Below are positions 60,915 through 64,000 of a DNA stretch of 64,000 nt, one piece after another. Made by a program: the position numbers and the translations under genes. Below the pieces are notes generated by a model. The model did not search any database and was not told where the DNA came from. It saw only the letters and a program-made list of their open reading frames with translations. Origin of the DNA: Schmidtea polychroa (taxonomy: Eukaryota); NCBI GenBank assembly GCA_044892525.1, contig CM097885.1:40116001-40180000 (forward strand). Direction: 5' to 3'. Position 1 is the stretch's first letter, and every line of letters begins with the position of its first letter.

Positions 60915-61852
60915 TAAAACAAAAAAGTGATAATTTAAGCCTTTTGCTACAAATAATATATTTAATGAAAAAATTTTCGACTATAAGATAGATTGACAAG
61001 GACTATCTTATATTCGAAAGTTTTTTCATTAAATACATTATTTGCAGCAAAAGGCTTAAATTATCACTTTATTGTTTTAAATAATAAATGCTACTACCAA
61101 GAAATCATCACTTTATACTTATTATTAATATTATTATTATTGTTGGGCTAGAACTGACTTCTAGACCCAAAACTTCTAATTGTGACTGGAATGCGTAGGT
61201 ACATAACATGCAAAAAGCAAAAAGTATAGTTAAATATTAAAAATACACCAAATAAACAATATTAATTAAAGAAGAAAACAACAAAAATATAAACACAGAA
61301 ATTAAATAAAATTATACAAAATCAAGAAGTTATGCAAAATCGAACTCAAAAATAACTAAAAAACAGAGTTACAAAAAACAGACTCGAATAACTTAAAAGA
61401 CGGTAAAAACAGTGAAAAATTCCAGAAAAACCCAGAACATTCCCTAAAAATGGCGATGACCATCACAAAAGCCATCTAGAACAATAAACGTTAGAAAAAT
61501 AAATAAATTAGTAATAAAAATAAAAAATGTTAAAAAGAAATTCAGAAAACATCAGTTAAAATAAAAATTAAATTAAAAGTAATATGGAATGTTCTGGAAC
61601 CGTTCCAAATCCATCATGGACGTAAAAATAACAAGAAATAATTAAAAAATAAAATTTTAAAAATAAAAACAAAAATTATGGCACAAAAATTGTCATTAAA
61701 AATATCAAAATCGCAAAATAGAAAATTCTGGAATAAAAAGAATTCGAGTTTGTTTTAAAGCATCAACACATACACGTGTACTTGCACACACAAAAATAGG
61801 TATATATACTGACACGTTTCAGTCACAATTAATCACTTTATGCCAAATTTTG
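60009..61852. repeat. Large imperfect inverted repeat (foldback) with a nested inner IR
   Basis: Arms ~60009-60680 and ~61140-61852 (e.g. TTGGGTCTAGA/TCTAGACCCAA, TCCAGAACATTCCATATT/AATATGGAATGTTCTGGA, CTCGAATTCTTTTTA/TAAAAAGAATTCGAG); inner IR ~60908-60958/61037-61086. Confidence 0.85.
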
Positions 61853-62469
61853 TTCGAGAATCTGCCAAAGTAACTAGTGAGTATTAGTACTTCATTTTTA
61901 TGTATTATGCATCAATTGATAATATTAATTATGTTGGCGTATGTGGGGAAAGAGAAAATATGCCCACCTGATTATCATACATCCCAAGTACTCTCTTCCG
62001 CTCCGATACTTCCCATACATACTCCAAAATGATCAAATACATATTCCCACGTATGAGCCCGTGGTGGTGTTCCACGTTGGTGCTGCTCACACGGGTTGGA
62101 AAAGGTTAGCAGGTGAGCCCCTGCCTTAGGACTACTCCTAACCCTTTCTCGGTTCGGGTTCCATGGTGCCATAGAAGGTCTTACCCGTTTCTTCGCTCCT
62201 AATTCAGTCCGACCCTGGTCCAAAGGGACGACATTTGCGCTCGTACTATGTCTCCAGGAGCACCTTTTACTCAAATCAACCACAGCAAATCACACATACC
62301 AAAAAAAATCAAAGACTTCAAACAGTTGTATTAAAGCGAAACATAAAAATACATTCACCATTAATTAAATAAGAACAAAACATCAAAGGTCATGTACAGG
62401 ATAACGTCAACTTCTCCGAGTTCCTTCATACCGCACAAAGATTGAGGCAAATGAGAAAAAAGGAATTCA

Positions 62470-63234
62470 TTACGAAAACACTTCTCCTTCTGCGATCATT
62501 TCGTCAATGTCGACGGGCAACCGGCGATCTTCGAGGAATTTGATGCCGTCGGCCGGAACTACCCGAAATACTTCTTTCGTAGGGATAGAATGGGCGATTG
62601 TAATCTCCTTGATCGTCGATTTGGCTGCAGATAACGATGCTTCGAGCGCGGCCATGGCGTTTCTGCGCTTCTGATTTTTCTCTGAGCGCGTCGGTCTCTT
62701 ACGCTTTCGAGGTGGAAGAGTGGCTCCTGCTGGAGGCTGAGTGAGTGGCGACGCGAGGACTGGAGCCAAGATAGGGTCCGATGGACCGCCAGCCATAGGC
62801 CGATAGCCAGAAAGAACTGGGGCGGGAATTGGTGGCAATTGTAGGCCGTGCCCCTTGCAACTGGTGGTTGATGAGGTTTCAGTGGATTGATGGTGTTCCG
62901 GGAACACGTTAGTCCCATCTTGTATTGGGTATTCGCGAACTCGCTTCGCGATCTCGGATTCCGAATATACCTTGTGCAGTGCCTCTGATTGGGCTTTTAT
63001 GGTTAGCCTCTGGTATCTGCTCTCCTCCAGGAGACTGTCACGGCAGTGCTCCAAACGTAGAATTTTACTCTTCTCTTCCTTCATTTGTGGTGGGGAGAAC
63101 CACGTCCCTTCGTATAGGTCAATTCTCTTCTTTAATTCCCCGATGTATAAGTGCAGCTGTGCGATATCGGCATTTTTATCGGCACAGGAAAAACAAGGTC
63201 GAAGAGTACTTCCGAGCTTGGTTGGAGTGGTCAT
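62470..63234 (-). CDS. Orphan 254-aa ORF in a GC-rich island
   Basis: Long open frame; CxxC, coiled coil, Pro-rich linker, basic PPRKRKRPTRSEKNQKRR; no family recognised. Confidence 0.45.
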   Translation of the reverse strand: MTTPTKLGSTLRPCFSCADKNADIAQLHLYIGELKKRIDLYEGTWFSPPQMKEEKSKILRLEHCRDSLLEESRYQRLTIKAQSEALHKVYSESEIAKRVREYPIQDGTNVFPEHHQSTETSSTTSCKGHGLQLPPIPAPVLSGYRPMAGGPSDPILAPVLASPLTQPPAGATLPPRKRKRPTRSEKNQKRRNAMAALEASLSAAKSTIKEITIAHSIPTKEVFRVVPADGIKFLEDRRLPVDIDEMIAEGEVFS

Positions 63235-64000
63235 CTAAAAATTAAGACATTTATATTCGCACCTCAGGTATTATGATAGGGACAGTGACACTCTTACGAC
63301 ATGAAGTTTATTCCGTGTATCTCGCATCAAGACAAAAGCCTAAAAACCCATCTCACGCATACGTACCGGTGATCGTGCCGCGATCCATTCAATCCCAAAT
63401 ATTCGAACCAGTTCATTCATACAGCAGTTTTTCGGGGAAAAGAAAACGGAACATTTTACATCATCATATTCGCAGGTGAAAATGTTAAGTTTATCCTCGG
63501 GGGAAGCAATCTTTCCTTTAATCATGTCATCATTAATTCGTATTATTATGCCATTGAAAATATTCTAGCTATCCGTTTTGTATATATAAAACGGAACTAT
63601 ATCATATACAAAAATTTTTCCCTTTCACAATCCATCATATCATGCTACACCTCTTGTTCGATTTTTCGAGGTTTAGGTTAGTTAATAATCGGAGGTGACC
63701 TCAGTTTTCCCGGCGTTGCACCAAATCGAATTATCGGAACCGAAGAGGATTTGTAGCCGATTTGATTACAACGATGGATCCTAACATCTCAGATTTCTAA
63801 TTCTAAATTCTTATCGATATTTATCTCATCTCGTCGCCTTTATCATATTCCGTTAGCAATTCATTTATAGCTTTAACTTCTTAAACCTGGCCTCAACTCA
63901 TCAGTTTAATTAAGCCCACCGCTACCTTCGGTTTCGTGCCTACTAATTGGGCGATATTATTTCGCATTCAACGCGAATACTCGAAAATATATTATAGAAA

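Noticed and set aside
63890..63945. Hammerhead-like CTGATGA and GAAA cores on the minus strand
   Set aside because: Stems I and II do not pair.

Overview
AT-rich, intron-containing eukaryotic DNA. The microsatellite load, ~50-nt introns and TRAF paralogue suggest an invertebrate such as a planarian, but that is inference. 119-15010 holds nine coding exons of an NDR/STK38 (tricornered-type) AGC kinase, with DNA-transposon relics in its introns. 16489-31687 is a complete, young 15.2-kb Polinton/Maverick (adintovirus-like) endogenous virus with 333-bp TIRs and a CAAATT 6-bp TSD. It encodes major and minor capsid proteins, a ZnF-PLA2-integrase, packaging ATPase, adenain protease, pX-like, fibre-like and membrane proteins, and a protein-primed PolB. 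Its unusual features are three 72-73-nt tRNA-like Pol III units next to a highly structured non-coding tract (VA-RNA-like), TIRs that each hold an internal inverted copy of the terminus, and a stand-alone paralogue of the PolB C-terminus. 37811-42941 (minus) is a decayed LTR-retroelement polyprotein in the order Gag - ubiquitin-like - Bcl-2-like - class III (chuvirus/gB-like) Env - aspartic protease. Where pol should follow there is an antisense ORF built from host-like fragments (macro domain, prominin). The rest contains Ty3/Gypsy, hAT, piggyBac-like and Penelope relics, a TRAF pseudogene, a foldback repeat, microsatellites and one orphan ORF. All calls come from reading motifs by eye; no searches were run.
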